Of a DNA stretch of 32,035 nucleotides, positions 1 to 10,760 are shown piece by piece. Position numbers and translations under genes: made by a program. The stretch is taken from NCBI GenBank assembly GCA_049598495.1, contig JBMYNR010000017.1, forward strand, positions 1 to 32,035. Reading direction: 5' to 3'. This DNA comes from Opitutales bacterium. GTDB taxonomy: Bacteria > Verrucomicrobiota > Verrucomicrobiia > Opitutales > Coraliomargaritaceae. Numbering within the stretch: position 1 is the stretch's first letter; every line of letters starts with the position of its first letter. A model generated the notes under the pieces. It saw only the letters and a list, made by a program, of their open reading frames with translations. It was not told the origin of the DNA and did not search any database.

Positions 1-50
1 AATACTCGGTAAAGTCGAAAGAATATGTAGCGAACTTCGCTGACACCACA

Positions 51-1259
51 CTAGGACAAACGGTTGCGGTAATCCTCGTAGCCGAAGCGTCGGACTGTTT
101 CCAGGCCGGCGGCTTCCGAATAGAGTGAAATTGCGGGGAGCGGCACTCCGTTGAAGGTGGTATTCTTCACCATGGTGTAGTGCGACATATCCAGAAAGAC
201 TAAACGTTGGCCGATCTCGAGTGGTTTCTCGAAAGAGTAGTCGCCCACCACATCGCCCGCAAGGCAGGACATCCCGCCCAGTCGGTAGGTGTGGGCCTTT
301 TCCTGGGGCAAGCCGGCACCCAGGATATTCGGACGGTAGGGCATCTCGAGGACGTCCGGCATGTGGCAGGTGGCTGAGCTGTCGAGAATCGCGATGCTCT
401 GTCCGCCTGCTTCGATCAGATCGAGCACGGTGACAATGAGTATGCCCGTATGCAGCGCCACGGCCTCGCCCGGTTCGAGATAGACCGCCACCCCAAAGCG
501 TTGCCGGAAGTCACGCACCACTCGGATCAGTCGTTCTATGTCGTAGCCCGGCCTAGTGATATGGTGCCCACCTCCGAAGTTTAGCCACTTCAGGTCGGGG
601 ATCAAGTCGCCGAACTTCGCCTCAAATGCCGCTGCTGTATGCTCGAGGGCATCGGCATCCTGCTCGCAGAGGGCGTGGAAATGCAGGCCGTCGAGTTGTT
701 TCAGTATTCCGTTGGGCAAGTGCTCCAGGGCCTTATTCAGAGCGGCCCGAGTGGTGCCCAATCGCGAAGAGGGTGCGCAGGGGTCGTAGAGTGCGGTGTC
801 CACTTCCGAGTATTCAGGATTTACCCGAAGCCCTAGCTCGGGGCCTGTCGGACCTGATAATGCTTCGAGCCCGTGAGCCATTTGTTGTGCTGAGTTGAAG
901 ACCAGACTGTGCGCGAAACGACTCAGCTTGCGTAGCTCTTTTGTTTTGTAAGCGGGTGAATAAACGTGGATCTCCCCGCCAAAACTCTCCTGGGCGAGCA
1001 GAGCCTCATGTAACCCACTTGAGGTGGTGCCGCTTAAGTAGCGGCTGATCAACGGGAACGTGCTGTGGCAGGCGAAGCCCTTCAGCGCCAGCAGTATCTT
1101 CGCGCCGGAAGCTTCCGCCACGGATTGTAGTTGTCTGCAGTTGGCTTCCAAAAGATCCAGATGCACCACGTAGCCAGGCGAGGGCGCATCGTCCACGGGA
1201 ATCGAAGCCAATGCGGCGAGGCGTTCCGGGTTGAGAGGAGGTGTCGGGTCTTGGGCCAT
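51..1259 (-). CDS. nspC: Carboxynorspermidine decarboxylase (PLP-dependent, LysA/ODC family)
   Basis: Motifs ILLALKGF (PLP Lys), LRVNPEYS, YDPCAPSSRLG, GLHFHALCEQ, NFGGGHHIT, HMPDVLEMPYRP, SCLAGD, HYTMVKNTTFNG. ATG at 1259 preferred over the ORF-track start at 1268. Confidence 0.93.
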   Translation of the reverse strand: MAQDPTPPLNPERLAALASIPVDDAPSPGYVVHLDLLEANCRQLQSVAEASGAKILLALKGFACHSTFPLISRYLSGTTSSGLHEALLAQESFGGEIHVYSPAYKTKELRKLSRFAHSLVFNSAQQMAHGLEALSGPTGPELGLRVNPEYSEVDTALYDPCAPSSRLGTTRAALNKALEHLPNGILKQLDGLHFHALCEQDADALEHTAAAFEAKFGDLIPDLKWLNFGGGHHITRPGYDIERLIRVVRDFRQRFGVAVYLEPGEAVALHTGILIVTVLDLIEAGGQSIAILDSSATCHMPDVLEMPYRPNILGAGLPQEKAHTYRLGGMSCLAGDVVGDYSFEKPLEIGQRLVFLDMSHYTMVKNTTFNGVPLPAISLYSEAAGLETVRRFGYEDYRNRLS

Positions 1260-1470
1260 CTCTCGCAAGCAAAACCGCTTTTGCTCAAACGGCCATGATT
1301 TTTTCGGAGTGCTACAATATCACTTTTTCAGAAGCTTAGACACGGTCGGACGGCTTCTATGTTGCGAGTTTGCGACAAGACCGAGTCGAAGGAATCGGTA
1401 TGGCAGAGAATCCTTCAGCCTCCCCCTTGTTTTGTCGGATTCTGTATGTCTTCCTTCCGGATCGCTTACT

Positions 1471-1824
1471 TTATGCGTCACCTGTCGTGACCAGCGCGCC
1501 CAAAAAGACGAGTTCCGTTTCTCCGGTATTACGGATCGCCTGTGATTCGCCATGGCGTGTGATTTGCAAGGTGCCGGGTGTAAAGGGATGTTCGACCCCG
1601 TTATCGACCACCACACCTGCCCCCGAAATGCAGAAGTAGAAATCTTCATCGCCTTCGTGAGAGTGCTCGCCGATATGAGCGCCCGGTTCGAGTCGGACAA
1701 CACCGACACTCTTGATTGAGCTGCCCGGATACAGATCAATTAATTTATGTGCGGTGGCCGTGCCGCTGCCACCGCGGACGTCTTCGGCCACCTCAGGGAT
1801 AACTTCGTGAACGTTAATAACCAT
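1471..1824 (-). CDS. Cupin domain protein
   Basis: 117 aa with cupin metal motif IGEHSHEGDEDFYFCISGAG and second motif PGTLQITRHGESQAIRNTG. Confidence 0.85.
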   Translation of the reverse strand: MVINVHEVIPEVAEDVRGGSGTATAHKLIDLYPGSSIKSVGVVRLEPGAHIGEHSHEGDEDFYFCISGAGVVVDNGVEHPFTPGTLQITRHGESQAIRNTGETELVFLGALVTTGDA

Positions 1825-1836
1825 GCTAAAAGTATA
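1825..1836 (-). promoter_or_regulatory. Putative -10 box of a leaderless transcript for the cupin gene
   Basis: Minus strand reads TATACT-tttagc-ATG (6 nt spacer); no Shine-Dalgarno. Confidence 0.5.
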
Positions 1837-2014
1837 GGGGAATGGTGCTGCCCGTCATCAAAAAAGCGCCGCTGCCACTTTTTATCGCTCTCTTCCATAG
1901 GCTTGGTTGGATGCGAATGCCGCGAACTCGGGCAGCGGATTCACATTTTAGTTGAGAAACCTCTCAGCCACCACATCCTCCCCGTTTTCACAGCTAGACT
2001 ACACTTTTACAAAT

Positions 2015-2944
2015 ATGGAAGACGTCATCATTTTAGGAACCGGTTGTGCGGGACTCACCGCAGCGATTTACACGGGCCGCGCCCAGCTTAAGCCCTTAGT
2101 TTTGGAGGGCACGCAGCCCGGCGGGCAGCTGACCACAACCTCGGAAGTGGAGAATTTTCCCGGATTCCCGGAAGGGATCGACGGCTTCATGATGATGGAC
2201 AACCTACGCAAGCAGGCCGCGCGTTTCGGAGCCCGGTATGAGCATGCCAAGGTGGACAAGATCGAGGTGGTCGACGGCGTGAAAAAGCTAACAGCGGGCG
2301 ACAAGGTATTTGAGGCGAAGTCCGTGATTGTGGCTACAGGTGCACGTCCCCGTCTGCTTGGCATTCCCGGCGAGCAGGAGATGTATGGTGGCAAGGGTGT
2401 GACGACCTGCGCTACCTGTGACGGTGCATTCTATCGTGATATGGATGTGGTTGTGATTGGGGGAGGCGATTCCGCCTGTGAGGAAGCGCTTTTTCTGACG
2501 CGTTTCTGCTCGAAGGTGAGCTTGATTCATCGCCGCGATGAGCTGCGTGCTTCGCAGATCATGTCGGATCGTGCGACTTCTCATGAAAAGATAGAAATGG
2601 CATGGAACACGGTTCCGGTTGAAGTGCTGGCCGACGAGAAGGGGTTCACTAAGGGGGTTCTTGTTGAAGATGTGAAGACCGGCGAGCGGCGTGAGATCCC
2701 CTGTAAGGGTGTCTTTATCGCGATCGGACATATCCCGAACACGGATTTCGTCGATGGTCTCCTTGAGCGCGATGGCGATGGCTACATTATCCCTGAAAAC
2801 GGGAGCCAGGTGAAGACCAAGTATGAGGGCTTCTATGCGGCCGGTGATTGTGTCGACCACGTTTACCGTCAGGCCATCACCGCGGCCGGCATGGGCTGCC
2901 AAGCAGCCATTGAGGCCGAGCGCTGGCTGGCCGAGAATAGTTGA
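2015..2944 (+). CDS. trxB: Thioredoxin-disulfide reductase
   Basis: [13 protein letters not shown] motif, [22 protein letters not shown] redox motif, [15 protein letters not shown] motif, [14 protein letters not shown] at 2015. Confidence 0.97.
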   Translation: MEDVIILGTGCAGLTAAIYTGRAQLKPLVLEGTQPGGQLTTTSEVENFPGFPEGIDGFMMMDNLRKQAARFGARYEHAKVDKIEVVDGVKKLTAGDKVFEAKSVIVATGARPRLLGIPGEQEMYGGKGVTTCATCDGAFYRDMDVVVIGGGDSACEEALFLTRFCSKVSLIHRRDELRASQIMSDRATSHEKIEMAWNTVPVEVLADEKGFTKGVLVEDVKTGERREIPCKGVFIAIGHIPNTDFVDGLLERDGDGYIIPENGSQVKTKYEGFYAAGDCVDHVYRQAITAAGMGCQAAIEAERWLAENS

Positions 2945-3022
2945 TTGTTGTTGGGTGATAGTTGCTTGTTCGTATATCATTTTCGTTCACATAGCGCTCA
3001 ATCACAACGAACAACATCGTAT

Positions 3023-3661
3023 ATGGACCTATCCGATCTCAGGCAAAGCTACACGAAAGGAAGTTTCAGCAGGGACGATCTGCAGGCTTCCCCCTTTGCG
3101 CAGTTTGAGACCTGGTTCCGTGAGGCCGGGGCTTGCGAAATCGAAGAGCCGAACGCCATGTGTCTCGCTACCGTGGATGGATCCGGTCAACCCACGACAC
3201 GGATTGTTCTCTTGAAGGACTTTTCGGAAAAGGGGCTCACTTTTTACACAAATTACGAGAGCCGGAAATCACAGCAGATGATGGCCAATCCCAAAGCAGC
3301 CGCCAATTTTCTATGGCTCCCACTACAGCGTCAGGTCAATGTTGTCGGCCGGGTCGAACGCATTCCGACCTCTGAATCACTCAAGTATTTTTTGAGCCGC
3401 CCCTTTGGCAGCCAGCTGGGCGCATGGGTCTCGCCACAGAGCAAGATCATAAGCTCTCGTAGTCTTCTCGAGGCCAAGCTCGATCAGATGAAACGAAAGT
3501 TTGCCGAGGGCAAGGTGCCACTGCCGGATCATTGGGGCGGGTATCGGATCGTGCCCGATAGCTTCGAGTTCTGGCAGGGGCGTCCAAATCGTTTGCACGA
3601 CCGGTTTATGTATCGCCGGGAAGACGGGGACTCGTGGTCGATCGAACGACTGGCGCCGTAG
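3023..3661 (+). CDS. pdxH: Pyridoxamine 5'-phosphate oxidase
   Basis: [44 protein letters not shown]-terminal RLAP. ATG at 3023. Confidence 0.96.
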   Translation: MDLSDLRQSYTKGSFSRDDLQASPFAQFETWFREAGACEIEEPNAMCLATVDGSGQPTTRIVLLKDFSEKGLTFYTNYESRKSQQMMANPKAAANFLWLPLQRQVNVVGRVERIPTSESLKYFLSRPFGSQLGAWVSPQSKIISSRSLLEAKLDQMKRKFAEGKVPLPDHWGGYRIVPDSFEFWQGRPNRLHDRFMYRREDGDSWSIERLAP

Positions 3662-3726
3662 TGTGAAGATCTTTTTCAAATTCCCCGCTTTACTCGAGGA
3701 AATCTCATTTTATTACCAATCGAGGA

Positions 3727-5076
3727 ATGGTCGAAGAAAACACAGAGATTGATTCCAAGATGGAGCCATTGATTGCTTCGGGACATATCAAGGCGATCTC
3801 TGAGGAGCTCGCGTCCTGGGCGAATCCGGAGGTGGCCGACTATATTCTGGGCCTTAATAAACCGCACCAGATACTTGTCTATCGTGCCTTGCCGAGGGAG
3901 CGCGCGGCGGATGTCTTCGCCTACTTCGATCCTGACGATCAGGATACCTTTCTTGAGGCCTTAACCGATGCAGACACCCGATCGCTTTTGGCGAACCTGA
4001 GTCCCGATGACCGGACGGCTATGTTGGAAGAGCTCCCGGCTACCGTGCAGCGTCGTCTCATGCAGCTTCTGACTCCGGAGGACTTGGCTGAGTCGCGCCA
4101 ACTGCTCGGCTACCCCGAGGAAAGTGTTGGTCGTTTGATGACGCCTGACTATATCCGGATCCGCGCCGAATGGACATGTGAGCAGGCACTCGCTCATATT
4201 CGTAAATACGGTCGGGACAGCGAGATTTTTAATATTCTCTATGTGACCGATGCCAATACTCGTTTGGTGGACATCGTTCGCATGCGCCGCCTGATTATGG
4301 CGCCGCCGAGCACAGTGATCAAAGATATGCTCAACTATCAGGTGGTGAGTCTCTCCGCCTACGATGACCGTGAGGTTGCGGTCGAGCAGATCCAGCGCTA
4401 CGATGTGAATGCCCTGCCTGTCGTCGATTCTGAGGGAGTATTGGTCGGCATCGTCACGGTCGACGACATCATGGATGTGGCCGAAGAAGAGGTGACCGAA
4501 GATATCCAAAAGGGTGTCGCTGTTGCGCCTCTGGAGACGAAATACAGCGCGGCCGGCCCCACACAGCTCTTTCGGAAGCGCATCGGCTGGCTGCTCATTT
4601 TGATCTTAGTGAACCTGATCTCTGCGGGTGTCATTTCCAGCTACGAAAATTATGTGAAGGAATTTATTACACTGGCTTTGTTTATGCCACTTGTCATCGC
4701 CAGTGGTGGTAACTGTGGTTCGCAATCGGCCACTCTGATGGTGCGGGCGATTGCCACGGGGGATCTCGATCTGAGCGACTGGCTGAAGGCGGTCGGGAAA
4801 GAGACGTTTGTTGGTTTAATCCTCGGGGTGGCTATGGCCTTGATCGCCGGCTTCGTTAGTAAACTCTACGGCGGTGATCTCAAGATCGCGATTATTGTAG
4901 CACTTAGTATGATCTCGATCGTTTTTGTGGCCAACGCATTTGGGGCGCTTCTCCCGTTTCTCCTGAGCCGGATGAGGGTCGACCCGGCAGCTGCGAGTAG
5001 TCCCCTGATTACTTCCATCATGGATGTGCTTGGGCTCATGATATACTTCTCGATAGCTGTGCTCGTATTAACTTAG
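3727..5076 (+). CDS. mgtE: Magnesium transporter MgtE
   Basis: N-terminal MgtE domain, [14 protein letters not shown] pair ([18 protein letters not shown]), [11 protein letters not shown] and [17 protein letters not shown] motifs. SD GAGGA. Confidence 0.96.
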   Translation: MVEENTEIDSKMEPLIASGHIKAISEELASWANPEVADYILGLNKPHQILVYRALPRERAADVFAYFDPDDQDTFLEALTDADTRSLLANLSPDDRTAMLEELPATVQRRLMQLLTPEDLAESRQLLGYPEESVGRLMTPDYIRIRAEWTCEQALAHIRKYGRDSEIFNILYVTDANTRLVDIVRMRRLIMAPPSTVIKDMLNYQVVSLSAYDDREVAVEQIQRYDVNALPVVDSEGVLVGIVTVDDIMDVAEEEVTEDIQKGVAVAPLETKYSAAGPTQLFRKRIGWLLILILVNLISAGVISSYENYVKEFITLALFMPLVIASGGNCGSQSATLMVRAIATGDLDLSDWLKAVGKETFVGLILGVAMALIAGFVSKLYGGDLKIAIIVALSMISIVFVANAFGALLPFLLSRMRVDPAAASSPLITSIMDVLGLMIYFSIAVLVLT

Positions 5077-5089
5077 GACGACCTCAATT

Positions 5090-6202
5090 TTGGAGAACTT
5101 TCACAAACTGGGTGTTCGCCAGGACCTAATCGAGGGTCTTCATGGCTTAGGTATTTGCCAGCCAACGGCGATTCAAAAGGCGGCCATACCATTTCTTCTC
5201 AAGGATGGCTCTGATCTTATTGCGCAGGCACAGACGGGCACAGGTAAGACAGTGGCCTTTGGCCTGCCTCTGCTCAGTAAGGTGGACCCTAATTTGGATA
5301 AGATCCAGGGGCTCATCGTCGCGCCGACACGTGAGTTGGCCAAGCAGATTGGGAAGGCACTCTTTCGCTTTACCAAATTCTGTGATGATAAAATCTTTAT
5401 CGAGGTCGCGGCAGGCGGCGATCAGATCGACGAGCAAATACGCCGTCTTAGTCGACCGACCCAGATACTGGTAACCACGCCCGGCCGTCTCATGGATCTA
5501 CTGGAGGTGGGCCTTCTGCTCGACGGTGTAAAATACCTCATCCTTGATGAGGCCGATGAGATGCTCAGCCTTGGATTTCAGGCGGAACTTCATTCCATAT
5601 GCGAGGTGACGAAAGGCCGCACGGCGACCTGGTTGTTTTCGGCGACTTTTCAACAGCGTGTTCAGGTGCTGCTTGAGGCACATATTTCAAGGGAGGCACA
5701 TCGTATACAAATCGACCCGAAGCAGGTTGTGAATCGGGACATTGACCATCGCTATACGATCTGCGCGCGGCAGGATAAAGATGCTTGGATGATTGACTAC
5801 CTTCGCGCGCAAGGGTCCGCTCGGGGCTTGATCTTCTGCCGTACCCGTGCTGGCGCAATTCGCATGGGGGAGGTACTGGGAGAGGCGGCTCTGCCAGTGG
5901 CTGTTTTGCAGGGAGACTTAAGCCAGCGCGACCGAGACAAGGTTATGCGAGCCTTCAAGAAGGAGCGGATTCAGTTTCTAGTGGCCACGGATGTGGCGGC
6001 CCGCGGTATTGATGTCGATGGACTCGCCTTCGTCATCCACCATCAGCTGCCGGACGCTCTGCAATACTATACGCATCGAAGTGGGCGCACCGCACGCGCT
6101 GGTAATAAGGGCCAGTCGATCGCCCTGATCGAACCGGACGAGCGGGAGCGACTTTCTAAGTTGGAGCAGTCGCTTGGTTTGAATTTCCGGCTTATTGATT
6201 GA
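5090..6202 (+). CDS. DEAD-box RNA helicase (core only, 370 aa)
   Basis: Q motif PTAIQ, AQTGTGKT, PTRELA, TPGR, LDEADEML, SAT, ARGID, HRSGRTARAG. TTG start. Confidence 0.93.
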   Translation: MENFHKLGVRQDLIEGLHGLGICQPTAIQKAAIPFLLKDGSDLIAQAQTGTGKTVAFGLPLLSKVDPNLDKIQGLIVAPTRELAKQIGKALFRFTKFCDDKIFIEVAAGGDQIDEQIRRLSRPTQILVTTPGRLMDLLEVGLLLDGVKYLILDEADEMLSLGFQAELHSICEVTKGRTATWLFSATFQQRVQVLLEAHISREAHRIQIDPKQVVNRDIDHRYTICARQDKDAWMIDYLRAQGSARGLIFCRTRAGAIRMGEVLGEAALPVAVLQGDLSQRDRDKVMRAFKKERIQFLVATDVAARGIDVDGLAFVIHHQLPDALQYYTHRSGRTARAGNKGQSIALIEPDERERLSKLEQSLGLNFRLID

Positions 6203-6319
6203 TTATCTGTTTCATTAGGCCGCCTGTTCCGGAGATCTGAATAATCTGCATCCTTTGGCAAAACAAGGGTATGGAGATCATCCTTGTGCCGTGTGCGACG
6301 AGAGCTTTTCCTCGAGGGC

Positions 6320-6685
6320 ATGTCGAAGCGTGTCGATCTGAATTTTGAGCTCAGCTTTTTCGAAAGCCTACATAAGCGTATGCCTCGAGATATCCGTGTG
6401 GCATCGGCACTTGCGCATATCTATACCCAGGTTGGCCGCATCGACGCAGGGCTGAAAATGGATCGAAAACTCGTGCGACTGAGTCCGGATGATCCCATTG
6501 CTCACTACAATCTGGCTTGCAGTTTGAGCCTGAAGGGGCGGAAGGCGGATGCGGTCAAGGTGCTTCGTGATGCCATCGTGCTGGGCTACGCGGATTTCGA
6601 TTGGATGCGGGAGGACCCCGATTTAGCGAGTTTAACAGATTATTTGGGATTCCGGCAGCTCCTCGAGCAATTGAACCTCACTTGA
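6320..6685 (+). CDS. Small TPR-repeat protein
   Basis: TPR-like helices, [11 protein letters not shown] and [14 protein letters not shown] terminal motif. ATG at 6320. Confidence 0.8.
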   Translation: MSKRVDLNFELSFFESLHKRMPRDIRVASALAHIYTQVGRIDAGLKMDRKLVRLSPDDPIAHYNLACSLSLKGRKADAVKVLRDAIVLGYADFDWMREDPDLASLTDYLGFRQLLEQLNLT

Positions 6686-6723
6686 GCTTGCCGCGCTTGG
6701 GTGAGCGCTTTGAAACTTATTCG

Positions 6724-8988
6724 ATGCCGAAAGCAAAATCAAAAGATAGAACACGGGTGGTCGAGGTGGTCGCATTATCCGGATTTGATAAAGCTTTGGC
6801 TTATGCGGTGCCCCCTACTTGTTTGGATTCGGTCCAACTCGGATCACTGGTGCGGATACCCTTGCGCCGACGTAGTGAGCTTGGAGTCGTGACCCGCTTC
6901 GGCACCGATCAAGTCGTGCCCCCGGGGAAAATGAAGATGCTTTTCGAAGTGGTGCAGCCCTATCCGGTGCTGCCGCCGGATTTGATGGAGCTTTATAATT
7001 GGGCCCGGCAATACTATGCAGCGACTCCTGAGGCAATTTTGGAGGCCATGATTCCCTCGGCCATTCGCAAGGGCATGAAGCCCAAGACCCGTCGCTACAT
7101 CGCCAAGGGCAAGGCGCCCACCGCAGAGGAACTGGAGGTGTTGGAGAGACGTGCCCCTAAACAGGCGGAGCTTCTCAAGTTTATCCGGCAGCAAGTAAAG
7201 CCTCTGCCTCGGGCAGATATCGTAAGGGCCATGAAAATGAGTGCCTCGGCTTTTGATGCTCTCGTGCTGAAAGGCTTATTGCGGGAAACGGATACGGAGG
7301 AGCTACGCGTTGCCTATGAGGACGAACTGGGGGCTAAGGAGACATTGGTGGTGGAAGCGCGACCGACCTTAACCGACGAGCAAGACGCTGCCGTCAATGC
7401 GATCTTCAAAGCCATCGCGCAGGAGACATTCTCAGTGCGACTTCTCCATGGTGTGACGGGTTCCGGGAAGACAGAGGTCTATCTCAACGCGATTGAGAAA
7501 ATTGTCGCGGGGGGCGGGGGTGTCGTTTTTCTTGTGCCCGAGGTGGCCCTTGCGCCTCAGACCGTTGGGCGAGTGCGCGCGCGCCTCGAGGCGCGTGGCG
7601 TGCACACCGTTGTCTGGCATAGTCATCTTTCTGAGGGTGAGCGCTACGATGCATGGAAGGCGCTCGCCAGTGGGGAGGCGCACGTCGTGGTGGGTGCCAG
7701 ATCAGCAGTCTTCGCGCCTGTGCAGAATCTCAAGCTCTTGATTGTGGATGAAGAGCACGAGCCTTCTTATAAACAGGAGGATTCGCCTCGCTACCACGGT
7801 CGCGATGTCGCCGTTTATCGCGCGCTTCTGAACCAGTCGGTCTGTGTGCTTGGGTCGGCCACGCCTTCGCTTGAGTCGCTCTACAACGTCGAGCGCGGTA
7901 AGTATGCGGTTGACCGTATCCTCAATCGTGTGGATGACCGCCAGTTGCCCAAGATTCACCTGGTTGATATGCGACGGGAGGATCTGCAGGGGAAGGGAGC
8001 GTCGCCGATCTCGCGGACGCTTGCCGACATGCTCGTCGATCGTTTTGAGAAAAAGGAGCAGAGCATTCTCTTTCTCAACCGACGGGGTTTTTCCACGAGT
8101 ATGCTATGCCCTGATTGCGGCTACGTGGCCACTTGTGAGCACTGTAGTATCCCGATGACTTATCATATCACCGATAAGTCGCTACGTTGCCATCTTTGCG
8201 GCGTCGAGGGTCCGGCGCCATATGCCTGCCCCGAGTGCAAGTCTCCAAATATCCGAAAGCGCGGAGTCGGCACCCAGAAGATTGAAGAGATTGTGCAGAA
8301 GATTTTACCGCGTGCGAAGATCGTGCGGATGGATGCCGATTCCATGTCGAAGAAGAACCTCTATCGAAAGATCCTGAATGACTTTCGGGTCGGAAAGATT
8401 GATCTGCTGGTTGGCACGCAGATGATCGCAAAAGGGCTCGATTTTCCCAACGTCACCCTGGTTGGTCTTGTGGATGCTGACCGCTCGCTTCATGTGGAGG
8501 ATTTCCGTTCGGCGGAGCGTACGTTTCAGTTAATCGTGCAGGTCTCCGGCCGCTCTGGTCGCGGTGATCGCGCAGGTGAAGTGGTGATCCAGACACATAC
8601 CCCGCACGCGCCGCCGATCCAGTTTGCCCGCAAGTCCGACTTCGACGGGTTCCAGCTTGAGGAACTGGAGCAGCGCCGCGAGTTCAATTACCCGCCCTTT
8701 CGGCACCTCATTCGTCATCTCTTTCGCGGTCGCAATCCGGACAAGGTAAACTTCTACATCGAGCAGTGGCTCAAGGTCGTCGAAGAGCGTATGGATGGTC
8801 AGCTCGAGATTCGTGGGCCGGCTCCCGCCCCGATCGAGAAGATTCGCGATGAATACCGCTTCCAGATCTGGTATTTCGCGCCCAGTGCCAGTCGTGTGAT
8901 CGGCTCACTGATGGCACTTCGCGATGGCTTCAAAATGGATAAGGAGGTCATCGATCTGATCGATGTCGATCCCATGAATATGAGCTAG
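6724..8988 (+). CDS. priA: Primosomal protein N' (replication restart helicase)
   Basis: [49 protein letters not shown], four CxxC zinc motifs, [25 protein letters not shown]. Confidence 0.97.
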   Translation: MPKAKSKDRTRVVEVVALSGFDKALAYAVPPTCLDSVQLGSLVRIPLRRRSELGVVTRFGTDQVVPPGKMKMLFEVVQPYPVLPPDLMELYNWARQYYAATPEAILEAMIPSAIRKGMKPKTRRYIAKGKAPTAEELEVLERRAPKQAELLKFIRQQVKPLPRADIVRAMKMSASAFDALVLKGLLRETDTEELRVAYEDELGAKETLVVEARPTLTDEQDAAVNAIFKAIAQETFSVRLLHGVTGSGKTEVYLNAIEKIVAGGGGVVFLVPEVALAPQTVGRVRARLEARGVHTVVWHSHLSEGERYDAWKALASGEAHVVVGARSAVFAPVQNLKLLIVDEEHEPSYKQEDSPRYHGRDVAVYRALLNQSVCVLGSATPSLESLYNVERGKYAVDRILNRVDDRQLPKIHLVDMRREDLQGKGASPISRTLADMLVDRFEKKEQSILFLNRRGFSTSMLCPDCGYVATCEHCSIPMTYHITDKSLRCHLCGVEGPAPYACPECKSPNIRKRGVGTQKIEEIVQKILPRAKIVRMDADSMSKKNLYRKILNDFRVGKIDLLVGTQMIAKGLDFPNVTLVGLVDADRSLHVEDFRSAERTFQLIVQVSGRSGRGDRAGEVVIQTHTPHAPPIQFARKSDFDGFQLEELEQRREFNYPPFRHLIRHLFRGRNPDKVNFYIEQWLKVVEERMDGQLEIRGPAPAPIEKIRDEYRFQIWYFAPSASRVIGSLMALRDGFKMDKEVIDLIDVDPMNMS

Positions 8989-9121
8989 GGCCGATTGCAT
9001 TTCGTTAGAACTTCTGAAGAGCCGCGGCGATACGGGCCTCGACCCGCACCCGCTGCACCCGTCTTACTGGCAACAAAAATGACACCCAGTCAGTGGTGCT
9101 ACCTAAATGCAATAGACACTA
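8986..9121. mobile_element. MITE-like element, copy 1 (132 bp, 8988-9119, plus TA on each side)
   Basis: Imperfect 23-nt terminal inverted repeats at 8986-9008 and 9099-9121 (18/23), both ends in CTAG context. Homologous in inverted orientation to 15448-15560. Confidence 0.8.
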
Positions 9122-9129
9122 GGCGGTCC

Positions 9130-9163
9130 AAAAAAAATCCCGCTTCGTTTGAAGCGGGATTTT
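9130..9163. terminator. Bidirectional intrinsic terminator between priA and rpmA
   Basis: AAAAAAAATCCCGCTTC-GTTT-GAAGCGGGATTTT perfect stem with A/T tails. Confidence 0.85.
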
Positions 9164-9185
9164 GAAAATGTTTCGACTGGTTCGC

Positions 9186-9440
9186 TTAAGCGATGGCTTC
9201 TTCCACCACGTTAATCTTGCGGTGTGCCTTGTCGAAGGCGACCTTACCGTCTTTCAGGGCGAAGAGGGTGTGGTCACGACCCATACCGACGTTGGCGCCC
9301 GGATGGTAGCGGGTGCCGCGCTGGCGCATGATGATGTTGCCTGCGATTACGGACTCACCGCCGAATTTCTTAACGCCGAGGCGCTTGGAATTACTGTCGC
9401 GTCCGTTACGTGAAGTGCCTTGTCCTTTTTTATGTGACAT
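9186..9440 (-). CDS. rpmA: 50S ribosomal protein L27
   Basis: [28 protein letters not shown]...RQRGT...GRDHTLFAL. Confidence 0.98.
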   Translation of the reverse strand: MSHKKGQGTSRNGRDSNSKRLGVKKFGGESVIAGNIIMRQRGTRYHPGANVGMGRDHTLFALKDGKVAFDKAHRKINVVEEAIA

Positions 9441-9467
9441 CGTTCAGTTCTCCTGGAGGTTAAAAAA

Positions 9468-9782
9468 TTATCCGTTGATGGATTCGATCTTGATGACGGA
9501 AAGATGCTGGCGGTGGCCACGGCGACGCTTGTAGCCTTGGCGACGCTTCTTTTTGAAGACGACAACCTTCTTATCCTTTTTGTTCTCGAGAATCGTCGCT
9601 TTGACGGAAGCGCCCTCAACGAGTGGTGTTCCGAAGCGTGCATCCGCACCTTCACCGATCATAAGGACCTCGTTGATGTCGACAGAGTCGCCCGCTTCCG
9701 TTCCGGGGAAGGAGTTTACTTTGAGGACATCGCCTTCCGTGACGGTGAATTGGCGACCTTGTGTTTTAATAGTGGCTTTCAT
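9468..9782 (-). CDS. rplU: 50S ribosomal protein L21
   Basis: [18 protein letters not shown]...[17 protein letters not shown]; directly upstream of rpmA. ATG at 9782. Confidence 0.97.
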   Translation of the reverse strand: MKATIKTQGRQFTVTEGDVLKVNSFPGTEAGDSVDINEVLMIGEGADARFGTPLVEGASVKATILENKKDKKVVVFKKKRRQGYKRRRGHRQHLSVIKIESING

Positions 9783-9897
9783 GGGAAAAGGGGGAGAGCA
9801 AATCGGGCTGAGTGCCGAAATCAAGCCGTTTTTTCGGCTTTTTACGGGGAATCGGGCGCTCTCCCGTCTTCCTCTGTCTAATTGTTTGGGCGTTTGT

Positions 9898-10716
9898 CTA
9901 GTCGATCACCACCTTGGAGGGATCGTAATCGACTTCCGGATAGCTCAGATGCATGTCCTCAAGGGTAGCCACGACGATGCGGGCGACGAGGAGGTTGCGC
10001 GCCCATTTCTTATTTGAAGGTATGATATACCAAGGGGCATGAGGAAAACTGGTTTTTTCGAACACCTCTTCGTAGGCTTCCACGTATTTATCCCATTTAC
10101 TGCGGGCCACTAGATCCGAATGGTCGAATTTCCAGTTTTTGGCCGGGTTGTCGAGGCGCTCCTGCAGGCGGCTTTTCTGGGTATTGCGATCGATGTGGAG
10201 GAAGAACTTAATGATAATCGTGTCCTCGTCGGTCAGCATCTGCTCGAAATCATTGATATGCCGGTAGCGTTTGCTCCAGACCTCCCGCGGTTTTAGTTCG
10301 TTCACTCGGACTGCAAGAACATCTTCATAGTGACTGCGGTCGAAAATCATGATCTCGCCCTTGGAGGGTGCGCGCTTATGCACCCGCCAGAGATAGTCGT
10401 GAGAGAGCTCGCGGGTAGAAGGGCGCTCAAAGCTGGCCACGTGGACACCCTGTGGATTCACCCCGCGAAATACATGGCGGATGGTGCCGTTCTTCCCGCT
10501 GGTATCCATGCCCTGTAGAACGAAGAGTAGCTTCTTGCGGCGGTCGACAAAGAACCGCTGTTGGAGGTCGGCCAGACGGACGTAAAGCGCCTCAAGTTCC
10601 TTCTTGGCGTCATACTTAGTGGTGGGCAGGTCCTCCCATGGATCCGAGGGCACTTTGGAAATCTCGTTATTCTGAGTCTTTGTGATCAGATAGGCGTCAA
10701 AGTCACTGAGTTTCAT
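9898..10716 (-). CDS. ppk2: Polyphosphate kinase 2 family protein (single domain, class III-like)
   Basis: [56 protein letters not shown]. Confidence 0.92.
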   Translation of the reverse strand: MKLSDFDAYLITKTQNNEISKVPSDPWEDLPTTKYDAKKELEALYVRLADLQQRFFVDRRKKLLFVLQGMDTSGKNGTIRHVFRGVNPQGVHVASFERPSTRELSHDYLWRVHKRAPSKGEIMIFDRSHYEDVLAVRVNELKPREVWSKRYRHINDFEQMLTDEDTIIIKFFLHIDRNTQKSRLQERLDNPAKNWKFDHSDLVARSKWDKYVEAYEEVFEKTSFPHAPWYIIPSNKKWARNLLVARIVVATLEDMHLSYPEVDYDPSKVVID

Positions 10717-10760
10717 CGTAAGCTAGAGAGCGGTTATAATATGGGAAGGTCAGCCACGCT

